A stretch of 36,069 nucleotides of DNA from a virus (taxonomy: Duplodnaviria; Caudoviricetes). The position numbers and the translations under genes are program-made. The stretch spans positions 1 to 36,069 of the IMG/VR virus record IMGVR_UViG_3300032216_000179; one strand, given 5' to 3'. The notes below the pieces were generated by a model. That model did not search any database, had not been told where the DNA came from, and saw only the letters and a program-made list of their open reading frames with translations. Below are positions 24,193 through 35,332 of the stretch, one piece after another; the stretch's first letter is position 1, and each line of letters starts with the position of its first letter.

Positions 24193-26558
24193 TGTTTCCT
24201 GTTTTATCAGCTAACGGAACATCAGGATATAACTTAACTAATTCTTTAAGATTTAGAAATAGTGCATCTGCTTATTTATCAAGAACTCCAGCAAGTGCAT
24301 CCAATCAACAAATATGGACTTGGAGTGCATGGGTAAAAAGAGGTCAATTAGGAGCATACAGAGCTTTATTTACAGGAAGAACTTCTGCATCTGCAACATA
24401 CACAATTACAACATTTACTGACACAGATAATTTAGCATTTTATGATAATGGCGGTGCAACACTTATTACAACTTCTGTTTATCGTGATCCTTCAGCTTGG
24501 TATCATATTGTTTATGCTGTAGATACAACACAAGCAACTGCCTCTAATAGAGTTAAAATTTATGTTAATGGTGTTCAAGTCACTGCATTTGGAACTGCAA
24601 CATATCCTACACAAAATGCAAATTTAAATGTAAATTCAACTGCTACCCATGTAATTGGTGATAATACAGGAGCCGCTCAATATTATGATGGATATATGAC
24701 AGAAGTTAATTTTGTTAATGCTCAACAATTAGCACCTACATCATTCGGCTCTACAAACGCAACCACAGGTGTATGGCAACCAGCTAAATACACAGGCACT
24801 TATGGCACTAACGGTTTTTACCTTAACTTTAATAGCATAGCCCTTACATCAGGTTCTAACACAGGACTTGGTAAAGATAATTCAGGTAACGGAAACTATT
24901 GGAATACTAATAACATATCTGTAACTGCTGGCACAACCTATGATGCTATGACAGATGTGCCTACGCTAACAAGTGCGACTGTGGCTAATTATGCTGTAAT
25001 GAACCCATTATGGACAGATGGCACTGTTTCTATTACTCAAGGAAACTTAAATGTTTCTAGTGGTAATTATGGTGGTTTTTCTACACTTACTATTCCAACA
25101 AATTCTAAATTTTATGCAGAATTTACTGTTACTGCAACACAAGGTAATCAAGGCGTTGGTATCTTAAAAGCTGCAAATGCTTATAGTGGTGTTATAAGTC
25201 AAGCAGATATGTTTGGTTCTAATTCTGTTACTTACTATTGCGTAAACGGAAACAAATTTGTATTAGGTGGGGGTTCAACTGCTTATGGCTCATCATGGGG
25301 AACTGTTGGTGATGTTATTGGTATTGCTGTTGATACAGTAAACAATCAAATTACATTTTATAAAAACAATACATCACAAGGTGTTATTACAGGACTTACT
25401 TCAGGTATTGAATGGGTGTTTTCAACAGGTAACCAAACCAGCACGGGTGGAGGAGCTTGGAACTTTGGACAACGCCCATTTTCTTACACAGCTCCATCAG
25501 GATTTGTAGCATTAAACACATATAACTTACCTACAAGCACTATTGTGCAAGGTAATAAATATATGGATGCAACGCTATGGACAGGAACAGGAGCTTCTAA
25601 TTCTATTGTTAATACAGCCGCTTTTAAGCCTGATTTTGTTTGGATTAAACAAAGAAATGGAACTGCATGGAACAATTTAAACGATTCAGTTCGTGGCGCA
25701 CAAAAACAACTTTATTCAAATAGCACTTCAGCAGAAACATCTGTTACAGATGAACTTCAATCTTTTAATAGCAATGGTTTTACTTTATCAACTTCAACCA
25801 ATGTAAATGGTTCAGCTAATACTTATGTAGGTTGGCAATGGCAAGCTGGTCAAGGCTCATCAAGTTCTAATACTAATGGTTCTATCACATCTAATGTATC
25901 TGTAAACACAACTGCTGGGTTTAGTGTGGTGACTTATACAGGAACAGGAACAGCAGGAACTATTGGACATGGTTTAGGAGTTGCACCAGCATTTACTATA
26001 TTTAAAAATAGAACTTCAGGAACTCCTAATTGGGTTAGCTATCATAAATCTTTAGGAGCAACAAAAGGTATTTATTTAAACCTTACAAATGCAGCTGCTA
26101 CTGATAGTGTATGGCAAAATACATCTCCAACATCAAGTGTAATAAGTATTGCTGGTTCAGCAAGTGCAAATGTAAATACAAACGGAAATAATTATGTTTG
26201 TTATGCTTGGGCAGAAATAGCAGGGTTTAGTTCTTTTGGTTCTTACACAGGTAATGGATCAACTGATGGAACTTTTGTATATACAGGATTTAGACCTAAA
26301 TTTATTTTAATTAAAGCTTCAAGTCAAGCTGGTAATGATTGGCAAATAACAGACACTAATCGTAGCACATATAACGCTGCCGCAGCATATTTATACCCTG
26401 ATTTAACTAATGCTGAAGGCGGAGGTTCATTTCCTTTAGATTTATTATCTAATGGATTTAAATTAAGAAATACAACAGGCGATAATAATAATTCAGGTGT
26501 TACATTTATATATGCAGCTTTTGCAGAAAACCCATTTAAAAACGCTTTAGCAAGATAA
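24192..26558 (+). CDS. Fibre-associated lectin-like protein (ConA/LamG plus SPRY-like domains)
   Basis: SLRF, WTWSAWVKR, RDPSAWYHIV, YGTNGFYL, GDVIGIAVD, FKPDFVWIK, YTGFRPKFILIK. Confidence 0.8.
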   Translation: MFPVLSANGTSGYNLTNSLRFRNSASAYLSRTPASASNQQIWTWSAWVKRGQLGAYRALFTGRTSASATYTITTFTDTDNLAFYDNGGATLITTSVYRDPSAWYHIVYAVDTTQATASNRVKIYVNGVQVTAFGTATYPTQNANLNVNSTATHVIGDNTGAAQYYDGYMTEVNFVNAQQLAPTSFGSTNATTGVWQPAKYTGTYGTNGFYLNFNSIALTSGSNTGLGKDNSGNGNYWNTNNISVTAGTTYDAMTDVPTLTSATVANYAVMNPLWTDGTVSITQGNLNVSSGNYGGFSTLTIPTNSKFYAEFTVTATQGNQGVGILKAANAYSGVISQADMFGSNSVTYYCVNGNKFVLGGGSTAYGSSWGTVGDVIGIAVDTVNNQITFYKNNTSQGVITGLTSGIEWVFSTGNQTSTGGGAWNFGQRPFSYTAPSGFVALNTYNLPTSTIVQGNKYMDATLWTGTGASNSIVNTAAFKPDFVWIKQRNGTAWNNLNDSVRGAQKQLYSNSTSAETSVTDELQSFNSNGFTLSTSTNVNGSANTYVGWQWQAGQGSSSSNTNGSITSNVSVNTTAGFSVVTYTGTGTAGTIGHGLGVAPAFTIFKNRTSGTPNWVSYHKSLGATKGIYLNLTNAAATDSVWQNTSPTSSVISIAGSASANVNTNGNNYVCYAWAEIAGFSSFGSYTGNGSTDGTFVYTGFRPKFILIKASSQAGNDWQITDTNRSTYNAAAAYLYPDLTNAEGGGSFPLDLLSNGFKLRNTTGDNNNSGVTFIYAAFAENPFKNALAR

Positions 26559-26571
26559 CAAAGGAAAAATT

Positions 26572-27078
26572 ATGTTTTATTCAACAACAGACGGACAATA
26601 CATTAATGAAGGACAAGCATTTACTATAAATGATGTGCAGTATCCTCAAAATTGGCTTAATCTTTCAACACCTGAAGAAAAGTTAGCTATTGGTTTGGAG
26701 GAAGTAGTTGCTACCAATCAACCTGCTAACGATCAATATTATTGGGTGTCATCAACATTAGACAAAGCAACATTAACTTACACTAATACGCCTAAAGATT
26801 TAGCTCAAGTTAAAACTACAGCAGTATCACAAATTAACGCTACTGCTTACTCTATTCTTTTACCTAGTGATTGGATGGTAGTCAAATCAGTTGAAACATC
26901 AACACCTATTAATCCTGACTGGAATACATGGCGGGCTACAATTAGAACAGAAGCAGCTAGCGCTATTACAGCTATTAATACATCAACGGATGTAGATGGT
27001 GTAGCAAGTGCAGTTAATTTAAATTGGACACTTGATCCTAACGCACCAAAAAAAGAGGTAATCAATGAACAATTATAA
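26572..27078 (+). CDS. Tail fibre assembly/chaperone-like protein
   Basis: YPQNWL, LLPSDWMVV...W.TWRATIR pattern; follows the fibre genes. Confidence 0.6.
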   Translation: MFYSTTDGQYINEGQAFTINDVQYPQNWLNLSTPEEKLAIGLEEVVATNQPANDQYYWVSSTLDKATLTYTNTPKDLAQVKTTAVSQINATAYSILLPSDWMVVKSVETSTPINPDWNTWRATIRTEAASAITAINTSTDVDGVASAVNLNWTLDPNAPKKEVINEQL

Positions 27079-27382
27079 ATGGAAGCTTGTAGAAGTTACC
27101 GCAGAAGAAGGTTTAATTACTCATGCTTATTATCATGTAAGTGCTACTGACGGTGAAAATACTGTAGAAACAGAAGGCAATTATTATTTCAAAGGCAAAG
27201 AGATTAAAATTTCTTATGAGGAAGTCAGAGAACAAACAATTATAGATTGGATTGATAAGGAAACAACCGTAGATGAGGTTTCTAGTATAAAATCTCGTTT
27301 AGATGAGCAATTATTAGAGCTTAAAAAAACCAAAACAGTTGGCTTTCCTTGGCTCGCTAACGTATTCACACCTAATATCTAG
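27065..27382 (+). CDS. Hypothetical fibre-associated protein
   Basis: YKWK...ISYEEVREQTIIDWI...GFPW. Confidence 0.6.
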   Translation: MNNYKWKLVEVTAEEGLITHAYYHVSATDGENTVETEGNYYFKGKEIKISYEEVREQTIIDWIDKETTVDEVSSIKSRLDEQLLELKKTKTVGFPWLANVFTPNI

Positions 27383-27390
27383 GATTTATT

Positions 27391-28380
27391 ATGCCAAAGC
27401 CAATAGACATCATATCAAGAGCCTTAAAAGACATCGGTGCATTAGCATCAGGTGAAACTCCAACGCCTGAAGAAGCTCAAGACGCTTTTGATATGCTCAA
27501 CGACCTTATTGACCAATGGTCAAACGAGGACATGATTGTCTTTAACACGACTGAAATTATATGGCCTGTTATTGCAGGACAAACTCAATACACTATTGGC
27601 CCTTATCACGCATCATCTAATTTTATTGGCGCACAATTTACAGGATCAATTACAGGTAACATTTTAACAGTTACAGGTATTACATCAGGCGCAGTTGTTC
27701 AAGGTCAAACGTTAAGTGGCACAGGCATTACAGACGGCACTAAAATTTTAGATGAACAAACAGGTGCAGGTGGTAATGTAAATTATGCAGGCACATATAT
27801 ACTTAATACTACTTATGCAAGCCCTGTTGCATCTACTCTTATTCAAGCTTACTATCAAAAACCTCTTGGCATTGATTCTGCTTATGTTCGTATTAACACA
27901 ACTTCTAACGGTCAACCTATTGTAAATGGTGGCTTAGATTATCCAATAGCAATTTTAGCGTTGGATGATTACAACATGATTGGATTAAAAACTTTAAATG
28001 GCCCGTGGCCTAAAGCTTTATATTTCAATCCTAATTCTGATTCAGGTAATTTATTTTTATGGCCTAATCCTTCACAAGGTGAAGTCCACATGTTTGCTTC
28101 AACTTTATTTAGAAACTACGCCTCACTTAATGACGATATAAACCTTCCACAAGGCTATTCTATGGCGCTACGTTGGTGTTTAGCCGAGAGATTGATGCCT
28201 ATGTATGGCAAAGCCTCACAAACGCAAATAGCAATGATTGTGGCGTTTGCTGCACAAGGTAAAGCAACATTAAAACGCACTAACATGAAACCTATGCAAT
28301 CTGCAAGATTTAACGATGCACTATTATCTAGCCGTCAAAAAGACGCTGGTTGGATACTCACAGGCGGATTCTTTAGATAA
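27391..28380 (+). CDS. Head-tail adaptor (P22 gp4-like) with an inserted beta module
   Basis: [11 protein letters not shown]...GETP...[13 protein letters not shown]; [21 protein letters not shown]. Confidence 0.8.
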   Translation: MPKPIDIISRALKDIGALASGETPTPEEAQDAFDMLNDLIDQWSNEDMIVFNTTEIIWPVIAGQTQYTIGPYHASSNFIGAQFTGSITGNILTVTGITSGAVVQGQTLSGTGITDGTKILDEQTGAGGNVNYAGTYILNTTYASPVASTLIQAYYQKPLGIDSAYVRINTTSNGQPIVNGGLDYPIAILALDDYNMIGLKTLNGPWPKALYFNPNSDSGNLFLWPNPSQGEVHMFASTLFRNYASLNDDINLPQGYSMALRWCLAERLMPMYGKASQTQIAMIVAFAAQGKATLKRTNMKPMQSARFNDALLSSRQKDAGWILTGGFFR

Positions 28381-30488
28381 TGGCAGATTTTGGCTTTGTA
28401 GGCCCAAGTTATGAAGCACCTTCCATTTATCAAGATGGTCAAGAGTGCATTAACTTTCGCCCTGAAATTGATCCGTTAAAACCTGAAGGCTCAAGAGGTG
28501 TTGTAGCTTTATACCCAACGCCTGGCCTTACATCATCTGTTGTATTTCAAAACAAACAAGAAGTTCGTGGTATGCGAACTGTATCAGGTGGATTATATAT
28601 GGTGGCAGTTGTTGGCCCTTATGTATATGTTTTAACTTCTACCCTAACACCTACATTAATAGGTCAATTAAATACCGCAACAGGCCGAGTAGGTATTACT
28701 GATAACGGATTAAACGTTTATATTGTTGACGGATCATATCGTTATACATGGCGCATTTCTACACCTTCCGCTGCTTTATTTACAGGCTCTATTTCAGGAA
28801 CAACTTTAACTGTGACCGCAGTCACGTCAGGCACAATAGGTATTAACCAAGCTTTATTTGGTTTAGGCGTTACTAACGCAACTGTTATCACAGCTTTAGG
28901 CACAGGCACAGGCGGTGCTGGAACATACACCATTAATCAAAGCCAAACTGTAGCTTCTACATTAATGAATTCTGCGGCTGTGGCTTCAGTATTAACCGCT
29001 TCAATGTCAGGCACTACAATGACCGTAACAGTTAGTTCAGGCACATTGTATCCAGGTCAAACTATTCAAGGCTCTACTGTTTCAGCTAACACAATTATTA
29101 CTGCTTTAGGTAACTCATCTGTATTGAGTCAAACTATTGCGGCAGGTGGCACAGGATATGCAGTCAACGATACTGTAACTGTATTAGGTGGCGTTTACGG
29201 AACAACGCCTGCAACCTATACAGTTTCATCTGTATCAGCTGGCGTAGTAACAGGATTAACTGCAACTAACGCTGGCTCTTATACTTCCCAACCTACTAAT
29301 GATGTATCTACTTCATCAAGTGGCGCTGGCACAGGATTAAAACTTACATTAACGTTTGGCACAGGTTCAGGCGGCACAGGAACATATCCTATAAGCGCAT
29401 CTCAAACTGTAACGTCAAGAACAATGTATGCGTTAAACTTTACTACTTTACCTTCTACTGATGGTGCGTTTTCAGGTGGTAATACTGTTGACATAGTAGA
29501 TAATTATTTTGTTTACAATAGACCTAACTCACAACAATGGGCTGCTTCTAATCCGTTAAGTCCAATTACACCTGCTTTAAGTTTTTCATCTAAAGATGGA
29601 TCACCTGATAATCTTGTATCTTTGATTGTAGATCATCGTGAAGTATATTGCCTTGGTGAAACTTCATCTGAAGTATGGGTTGACGTTGGATCATTTCCTT
29701 TTCCTTTCCAAAGAATACCAGGCACATCAACTCAACATGGTATTGCAGCTAAATTTTCTGTAGCGCGATTAGGTAACTCTTTTGCTTATGTGTCTAAAAA
29801 CAATCGTGGTCAAGCTCAAATTATGATGATGAATGGTTATATTCCAACTCGCATCTCAACTCACGCTGTAGAACAAACATTATTAAATCAATATATAGAT
29901 GACGCTATTTCATGGACTTACCAACAAGAAGGCCACGAATGTTATGTTGTTTCATTTCCTACATTAGATTTAACATGGGTATATGACATATCTACAACTA
30001 TGTGGCATAAATGGCTATCTATTGATAACACTAATACTTATCATAGACATCGTGGTAATTGTTGCGCTGTGTTTCAAGGTAAAGTTTATGTAGGTGATTT
30101 TAGTAACGGTATTATTTATTTACTTGATCCTAATAATTACACTGATAATGGCCAAGAAATTCGTAGATTACGCAGGGCGCCTCATATTGTGACTGATTTA
30201 CAACGTGAATACTTGGAAGAGTTACAAATTCAGTTTCAACCAGGCGTAGGTAATCAATCCGATCCAGGTCAAAGCCCACAAGCTATGCTTCGCTGGTCTA
30301 ATGACGGTGGTTCTACATGGTCAAACGAACATTGGGTTTCTATTGGCGCAGTTGGTTTATATAAAAATCGTGCTATTTGGCGCAGATTAGGGTTTGCTAG
30401 AGATAGAGTTTTTGAGGTTGTAGTTACAGACCCTGTAAATGCAGTTATAATATCATCTAATCTAAAAGCTTCAGAGGGTGAAAACTAA
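28380..30488 (+). CDS. Tail hub/DNA stabilization protein (P22 gp10-like) with inserted modules
   Basis: [36 protein letters not shown]...[25 protein letters not shown]. Confidence 0.9.
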   Translation: MADFGFVGPSYEAPSIYQDGQECINFRPEIDPLKPEGSRGVVALYPTPGLTSSVVFQNKQEVRGMRTVSGGLYMVAVVGPYVYVLTSTLTPTLIGQLNTATGRVGITDNGLNVYIVDGSYRYTWRISTPSAALFTGSISGTTLTVTAVTSGTIGINQALFGLGVTNATVITALGTGTGGAGTYTINQSQTVASTLMNSAAVASVLTASMSGTTMTVTVSSGTLYPGQTIQGSTVSANTIITALGNSSVLSQTIAAGGTGYAVNDTVTVLGGVYGTTPATYTVSSVSAGVVTGLTATNAGSYTSQPTNDVSTSSSGAGTGLKLTLTFGTGSGGTGTYPISASQTVTSRTMYALNFTTLPSTDGAFSGGNTVDIVDNYFVYNRPNSQQWAASNPLSPITPALSFSSKDGSPDNLVSLIVDHREVYCLGETSSEVWVDVGSFPFPFQRIPGTSTQHGIAAKFSVARLGNSFAYVSKNNRGQAQIMMMNGYIPTRISTHAVEQTLLNQYIDDAISWTYQQEGHECYVVSFPTLDLTWVYDISTTMWHKWLSIDNTNTYHRHRGNCCAVFQGKVYVGDFSNGIIYLLDPNNYTDNGQEIRRLRRAPHIVTDLQREYLEELQIQFQPGVGNQSDPGQSPQAMLRWSNDGGSTWSNEHWVSIGAVGLYKNRAIWRRLGFARDRVFEVVVTDPVNAVIISSNLKASEGEN

Positions 30489-30730
30489 TGGCTACAGGAA
30501 ATGGTATTTATGGATCAAGTCAGACCAATCCATACCCACAGACTGAATTTTTAGATGCTGCATCAAAAAGACCAACTCGTGCTTGGCAACAATTCTTTTT
30601 AAACTTGCTTAATTTTAGTAGTTCAACCACAGCAACTACAGGAACAGCAACGCTACCTGCTAAACCAGCAGGATTTATTAATATGACAGTAAATGGCCAA
30701 CAAGTTAAAGTGCCATACTATAATGTCTAG
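30488..30730 (+). CDS. Small tail-associated protein
   Basis: PTRAWQQFF...LPAKPAGFI...KVPYY; follows the gp10-like gene. Confidence 0.65.
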   Translation: MATGNGIYGSSQTNPYPQTEFLDAASKRPTRAWQQFFLNLLNFSSSTTATTGTATLPAKPAGFINMTVNGQQVKVPYYNV

Positions 30731-31094
30731 TAAAGCTATAAATGCTATATATTTGTCTATAAAAGATAAGTTAAATATTACTGAAGAACAGTATGCAGAA
30801 ATAATGAAAGATTGGGAGTTTGTTGAATTAACCCAAAACAATGAAGTAGTAGGCGCTGTAATTATAAAAGGTAATGAGCTTCATGTAGGCTATAGCAAAA
30901 AACCTACGTTTTCAATAAGAAAACATATTAAAGAAACGCTTAAAAAATTAATAGATATAAATGGTTGTGCAATAACAACTGTAATGAAAAGCAATGAAAA
31001 TGGTTTAAAGTTCTGTAAACGTCTTGGTTTTGAAATAGAAAAAGAAGATCAAGATAAATTTTATTTAAAATGCGATAGGTGCAACTATGTTTAA
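30723..31094 (+). CDS. GNAT-fold protein in the tail/ejection module
   Basis: ELHVG...NENGLKFCKRLGFEIE resembles the GNAT C-terminal motif. Confidence 0.65.
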   Translation: MSSKAINAIYLSIKDKLNITEEQYAEIMKDWEFVELTQNNEVVGAVIIKGNELHVGYSKKPTFSIRKHIKETLKKLIDINGCAITTVMKSNENGLKFCKRLGFEIEKEDQDKFYLKCDRCNYV

Positions 31095-31908
31095 TCCAAG
31101 ATTTATAGGTATTCTCAAACATCCAGGCTATAACGATCCGTTTTCAGCTGCAATTGCCGTAGGAGGTTCTTTAATTGGAAGTGCAATGTCAGCCGATGCA
31201 GCAACAAGCGCAGCCGATACACAAGCCCAAGCAGCTAGAGATGCCAACGCACAGCAACTTGCAATATTTAATACACAAAACGCACAACAAGCTCCATATA
31301 GAGCGCAAGGCTATTCTGCTCTTAATCAAATTGGCTCAATGCTTCCTGGCACATATCAACAATATGATGCTCAAGGAAATCCAACAGGCACAGGCACAGG
31401 ATCAGGTTATCTTACACAACAATTTACTAATAAAGATTTGAATGCTAATTTAGCGCCTAATTACGCATTTCAATTAGGTCAAGGTCAAGCCGCAACAAGA
31501 AATCAACAAAACGCTTCAGGCGGTCTTATTGGTGGCAATGCTTTACAAGGCATGCAAGACTATACTCAAAACTTTGCAGGCAATGCTTATCAAAATGCTT
31601 TTGCAAATTTTCAAGGTCAACGTTCTAATATTTATAATACTTTAGCTGGTATTGCAGGTATTGGTCAAACAGGTCAAACAGCAACAAATCAATTAGCTAC
31701 TAATTATGGAACTAATGCAGCTAATTTAACAACAGGTGCAGCCGCAGCCCAAGCAGCAGGTCAAGTGGGTGCAGCTAACGCTTATTCAGGTGGTTTACAA
31801 AACGCAGGTAATATGTATGCTTTAAGCGGTCTTTTAAATCAAAGAGGAACTGTTCCAGGCTATTCAGGTGGTTATTCATCAGGTGGCGGTGTTGGTGCAT
31901 TTTTATAA
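31087..31908 (+). CDS. DNA ejection protein (P22 gp7-like)
   Basis: Ala/Gly/Gln-rich; QAPYRAQGYSAL, PNYAFQLGQG. Confidence 0.75.
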   Translation: MFNPRFIGILKHPGYNDPFSAAIAVGGSLIGSAMSADAATSAADTQAQAARDANAQQLAIFNTQNAQQAPYRAQGYSALNQIGSMLPGTYQQYDAQGNPTGTGTGSGYLTQQFTNKDLNANLAPNYAFQLGQGQAATRNQQNASGGLIGGNALQGMQDYTQNFAGNAYQNAFANFQGQRSNIYNTLAGIAGIGQTGQTATNQLATNYGTNAANLTTGAAAAQAAGQVGAANAYSGGLQNAGNMYALSGLLNQRGTVPGYSGGYSSGGGVGAFL

Positions 31909-31919
31909 TAGGATAAATT

Positions 31920-33245
31920 ATGGCTTTTAATATAGACCCAAGCATTTCTTTAGGAGTTAAGCCTCCAGCAGCTATATCATTACCTGATATGCTTAATATT
32001 GCTCGTGGCGCACAAGCATATCAACAAGCCGCTCAAGTTAATCCATATCTTGCTAGACAAAATGCCGCAGAAGCTCAAAGGTTAGAAACTGAAGCTAATG
32101 TTTCAAAAGAAACTGCTACGCCTAGAATTGAACAACAAACAGCACAAACAGGATTATCCAAAACACAAGAAAAAGTTGGTAGTTTAAAATATCAAAACGA
32201 ACAAGCTCAAATTATATTTGATGAAATAAATTCAACTGCAAATGATGAGCGTATTAAAAATGCAACAGATGATGCAAAAGGATCAAGAGGCGCTTTAGAT
32301 GCAATTTTTGGTGCAAAAGAAAGACTTTTAAAAAGAGGTGTAGATAAATATCAAGCTGAATCTATTGTTGCTCCATATATACAGATGGCAACAAAACAAC
32401 CTAGTGCTATTTATCAAGAATATGTTAATTCACAAAGAGCAGGTGTTGGTGCTGCAAATCAAGCTGTTCTTAATGCGCCTCAAACAATGACTAACGCTCA
32501 AGGTCAAATTGTGCAAGTTACGCCTGGAACAGGGAATGTATCTGTTGCTGGTCAAACTCCTAATGCACCTCAAACAATTGCTAATCCAACTTCTGCACAA
32601 GCTTCATTAGCAAACAGAACAGTAGAAACAAATGTTCAAAATTTTGGTGATTATCAAAAAGATTTAACTGCTAGAGTTCAAGCAAGCACAAATAATGTTT
32701 TAAGAACAACAGAAGCTAGAAATTTATTAAGCAAATTTAAACCTGGTGCAGGTAGTTCAACTTATGCTGATATTGCACAAAAACTTCAAGCTATTGGCGC
32801 ACCACAAGCTTTAGTTGATAAAATTGCAGGCGGTGATTTAGGCGCTACACAATCATTTAATAAATTTTTGGCTCAAAGTGTTATTGCAGGCGTTAGACAA
32901 GCCGCAGGTGGCGATCAAACTCGTGTTGCAGAAGTTGAAAATTTTATTAAAAATAATCCAACTGTAAACACAGATCCTAGAGCTTTAAGTAGATTATTTG
33001 ATTTTACTGATAAACTTGCTAAAAAAGATTTTGCTGAACAAGAATTTTTACTTAATAAAATTAAAAATAATACATTAAATGCTCAAACACATTTTGGTGA
33101 AGTTCAACAATTTTTAAAAGAACAAAATATAGTTCCAAAAGTTGGCGAAAAAAAAGCAGGTGGTCATGGTAAAATTGTTGCAACTGCTAAAAAAGGCAAT
33201 GTAACTTATGTTAAATATGAAGATGACTTTGTTGAGCCTCAATAA
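31920..33245 (+). CDS. DNA ejection protein (gp20 position)
   Basis: Gln/Ala-rich helical protein located between ejection genes. Confidence 0.6.
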   Translation: MAFNIDPSISLGVKPPAAISLPDMLNIARGAQAYQQAAQVNPYLARQNAAEAQRLETEANVSKETATPRIEQQTAQTGLSKTQEKVGSLKYQNEQAQIIFDEINSTANDERIKNATDDAKGSRGALDAIFGAKERLLKRGVDKYQAESIVAPYIQMATKQPSAIYQEYVNSQRAGVGAANQAVLNAPQTMTNAQGQIVQVTPGTGNVSVAGQTPNAPQTIANPTSAQASLANRTVETNVQNFGDYQKDLTARVQASTNNVLRTTEARNLLSKFKPGAGSSTYADIAQKLQAIGAPQALVDKIAGGDLGATQSFNKFLAQSVIAGVRQAAGGDQTRVAEVENFIKNNPTVNTDPRALSRLFDFTDKLAKKDFAEQEFLLNKIKNNTLNAQTHFGEVQQFLKEQNIVPKVGEKKAGGHGKIVATAKKGNVTYVKYEDDFVEPQ

Positions 33246-35329
33246 TGGATAATTTATATTCATCTTTAGAAGAACGATATGGATTGCCTGAAGGCACTTT
33301 ATCAGCCGTTGAAAATGTAGAAAGCGGTGGAAAAGATACTGCTGTAAGTCCAAAAGGCGCAAAAGGCAGATTTCAATTTATGCCTGATACTGCAAAAGCT
33401 TATGGAGTAGATACATCTGATCCTATAAGTTCTGCTCATGGTGCAGCACAATATTTATCTGATTTAACTAAACAATACGGAAGTGTTCAAGCAGCTTTGG
33501 CTCACTATAATGGTGGCACAAAAGCAGGTGAAGCTGTATCTCAAGGTCAAGAACCGCCAGCAACAGAAACTAAAGATTATCTTACAAAGGTTACATCCAA
33601 ACTTAAAACTCCTCAAGATTTAGAATGGACTCCAATTGAAACAAGTTCTCAAACACAACAAGAAATACCTTCTGATTTGGAATGGTCATCTGTTGATTTA
33701 ATTCCTAAAAAATCTAATAAATTTGAAAAAATGTCTTTTGGCAAACAATCTCTTGAAGGATTACAAAAATCATTTAGAGATTTAAGTTTGGGATCAAAAC
33801 AATTGTTAGATATACCTGTTAAAGAAATTGCAGAAAAATTTCCTGAAACAACAGCTGCGTTAGATAAATTTGGTGCTAAATTTGGATTACCAACTGCAAA
33901 AGAAAGTATTGAACAAACTCCAAAAGAAATATTAAAAGAACGTGAAAAATATGCTCCATTAATGGAAACAAGTGGAGGTATTACAGGACATATTGCAGGT
34001 GATATTGGTCAAACTGTTGCAGGTGGACTTGCATTAAAAGGTTTAGGAGCTGCAAGAGCAGGTAACGCATTATTAAATCCACAAACATATAAAGCTGCTA
34101 CAGGGTTAGGTGCAGCACAAGGTGCATTACAACCTACCTTGCCTGAAGAAAATAAAGCTTTTAATATTGCGGCAGGTGGTGTAGCTGGAACTTTAGGTTT
34201 AGGTGCTGTAAATGCTGTTGGTCGTGTTGCTCAACCTATTAAAAATGCACTTGCTGAAGGAAGTCAAAAAGCCATTAATATACTTAAAGAAGCTGGCGTT
34301 CCTTTAGATGCAGCTCAAGCAACAGGCTCTGCTTTATTGCATAGAGTTAAAGCATCATTAATGGATAATCCTACAACTGCTGGCGCACAAAGAGATTTTA
34401 TAGCTAAACAACAAGGCGCATATAATAGAGCTGTATTAAATACTATTGGTGAAGATTCTCGTGCTGCAACATCTGAAGTTATGGGTAACGCAAGTAAAAG
34501 AATTGATAATGAATTTAAAACTATATTAAACAACAACAACGTTAATTTAACAGATGATATTGTTACTAAAATTGGAAGCATTCAACAATTAGCTATTGAT
34601 GCAGAAAAAAAACCTATTTCTAATATAGCAAATAGAATATTAAAAAATGTTGATGAGCATGGTCAAATAACTGGTCAAAGTGCTTATGCAATTAAAAAAG
34701 ACCTTGATATGTATGCAAGTTCATCAGATACAACGCTTGCTCATTATGCAAAAGAATTAAGAAGCACATTAATGAATGGTATTAATGATTCATTAAGTGA
34801 TGCAGATAAAGAAGCCTTTCAAATAGCTAGAAATCAATTTGGAAATATGAAAACAATTGAAAGCGCTATTGATAAAGAAGGCGGTGGAAATATTAGCCCA
34901 TCAAGACTTGCTCAAATTATGTCAACAAAAGCAAACAGAGCAAAATCTGTTTATGGTAAAGGCAATCAAGATTTAGTTGATTTAGCTCAAGCTGGAAGTA
35001 AAGTTTTAACAGAAAAATTACCTAATAGTGGAACAATAGCTAGAGCGCTTGCTCAAGTTGCTCCAGGCGCTGCTTTAGGAGCAGCTTATGGTGCATATCA
35101 AGGCGATTGGAAAACTGCTGGAGCTGGAGCATTAGGTGGAATTGCTTTACCTAAAGTTATACAAAAAATTATTAACGATCCTGTTGCTGCGGCATATTTA
35201 GAAAAAGGATTAAAACCAGGTGTATTAAGAACTGTTTTGGAAGCGCCTAAAAAAGGTCAATTACAAAGAATTCCAATTTCAGAATTTAATGCTTATTTAC
35301 AATCTGTTCCACGAGAAAAGAAAGAATAA
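33245..35329 (+). CDS. DNA ejection protein with N-terminal lytic transglycosylase (SLT) domain
   Basis: VENVESGG, SPKGAKGRFQFMPDTA, ALAHYNGG, ETKDYLTKV. Confidence 0.88.
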   Translation: MDNLYSSLEERYGLPEGTLSAVENVESGGKDTAVSPKGAKGRFQFMPDTAKAYGVDTSDPISSAHGAAQYLSDLTKQYGSVQAALAHYNGGTKAGEAVSQGQEPPATETKDYLTKVTSKLKTPQDLEWTPIETSSQTQQEIPSDLEWSSVDLIPKKSNKFEKMSFGKQSLEGLQKSFRDLSLGSKQLLDIPVKEIAEKFPETTAALDKFGAKFGLPTAKESIEQTPKEILKEREKYAPLMETSGGITGHIAGDIGQTVAGGLALKGLGAARAGNALLNPQTYKAATGLGAAQGALQPTLPEENKAFNIAAGGVAGTLGLGAVNAVGRVAQPIKNALAEGSQKAINILKEAGVPLDAAQATGSALLHRVKASLMDNPTTAGAQRDFIAKQQGAYNRAVLNTIGEDSRAATSEVMGNASKRIDNEFKTILNNNNVNLTDDIVTKIGSIQQLAIDAEKKPISNIANRILKNVDEHGQITGQSAYAIKKDLDMYASSSDTTLAHYAKELRSTLMNGINDSLSDADKEAFQIARNQFGNMKTIESAIDKEGGGNISPSRLAQIMSTKANRAKSVYGKGNQDLVDLAQAGSKVLTEKLPNSGTIARALAQVAPGAALGAAYGAYQGDWKTAGAGALGGIALPKVIQKIINDPVAAAYLEKGLKPGVLRTVLEAPKKGQLQRIPISEFNAYLQSVPREKKE

Positions 35330-35332
35330 TAT

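Noticed and set aside
33611-33700. Duplicated DLEW peptide in the SLT ejection protein
   Set aside because: Short linker repeat with no supportable function
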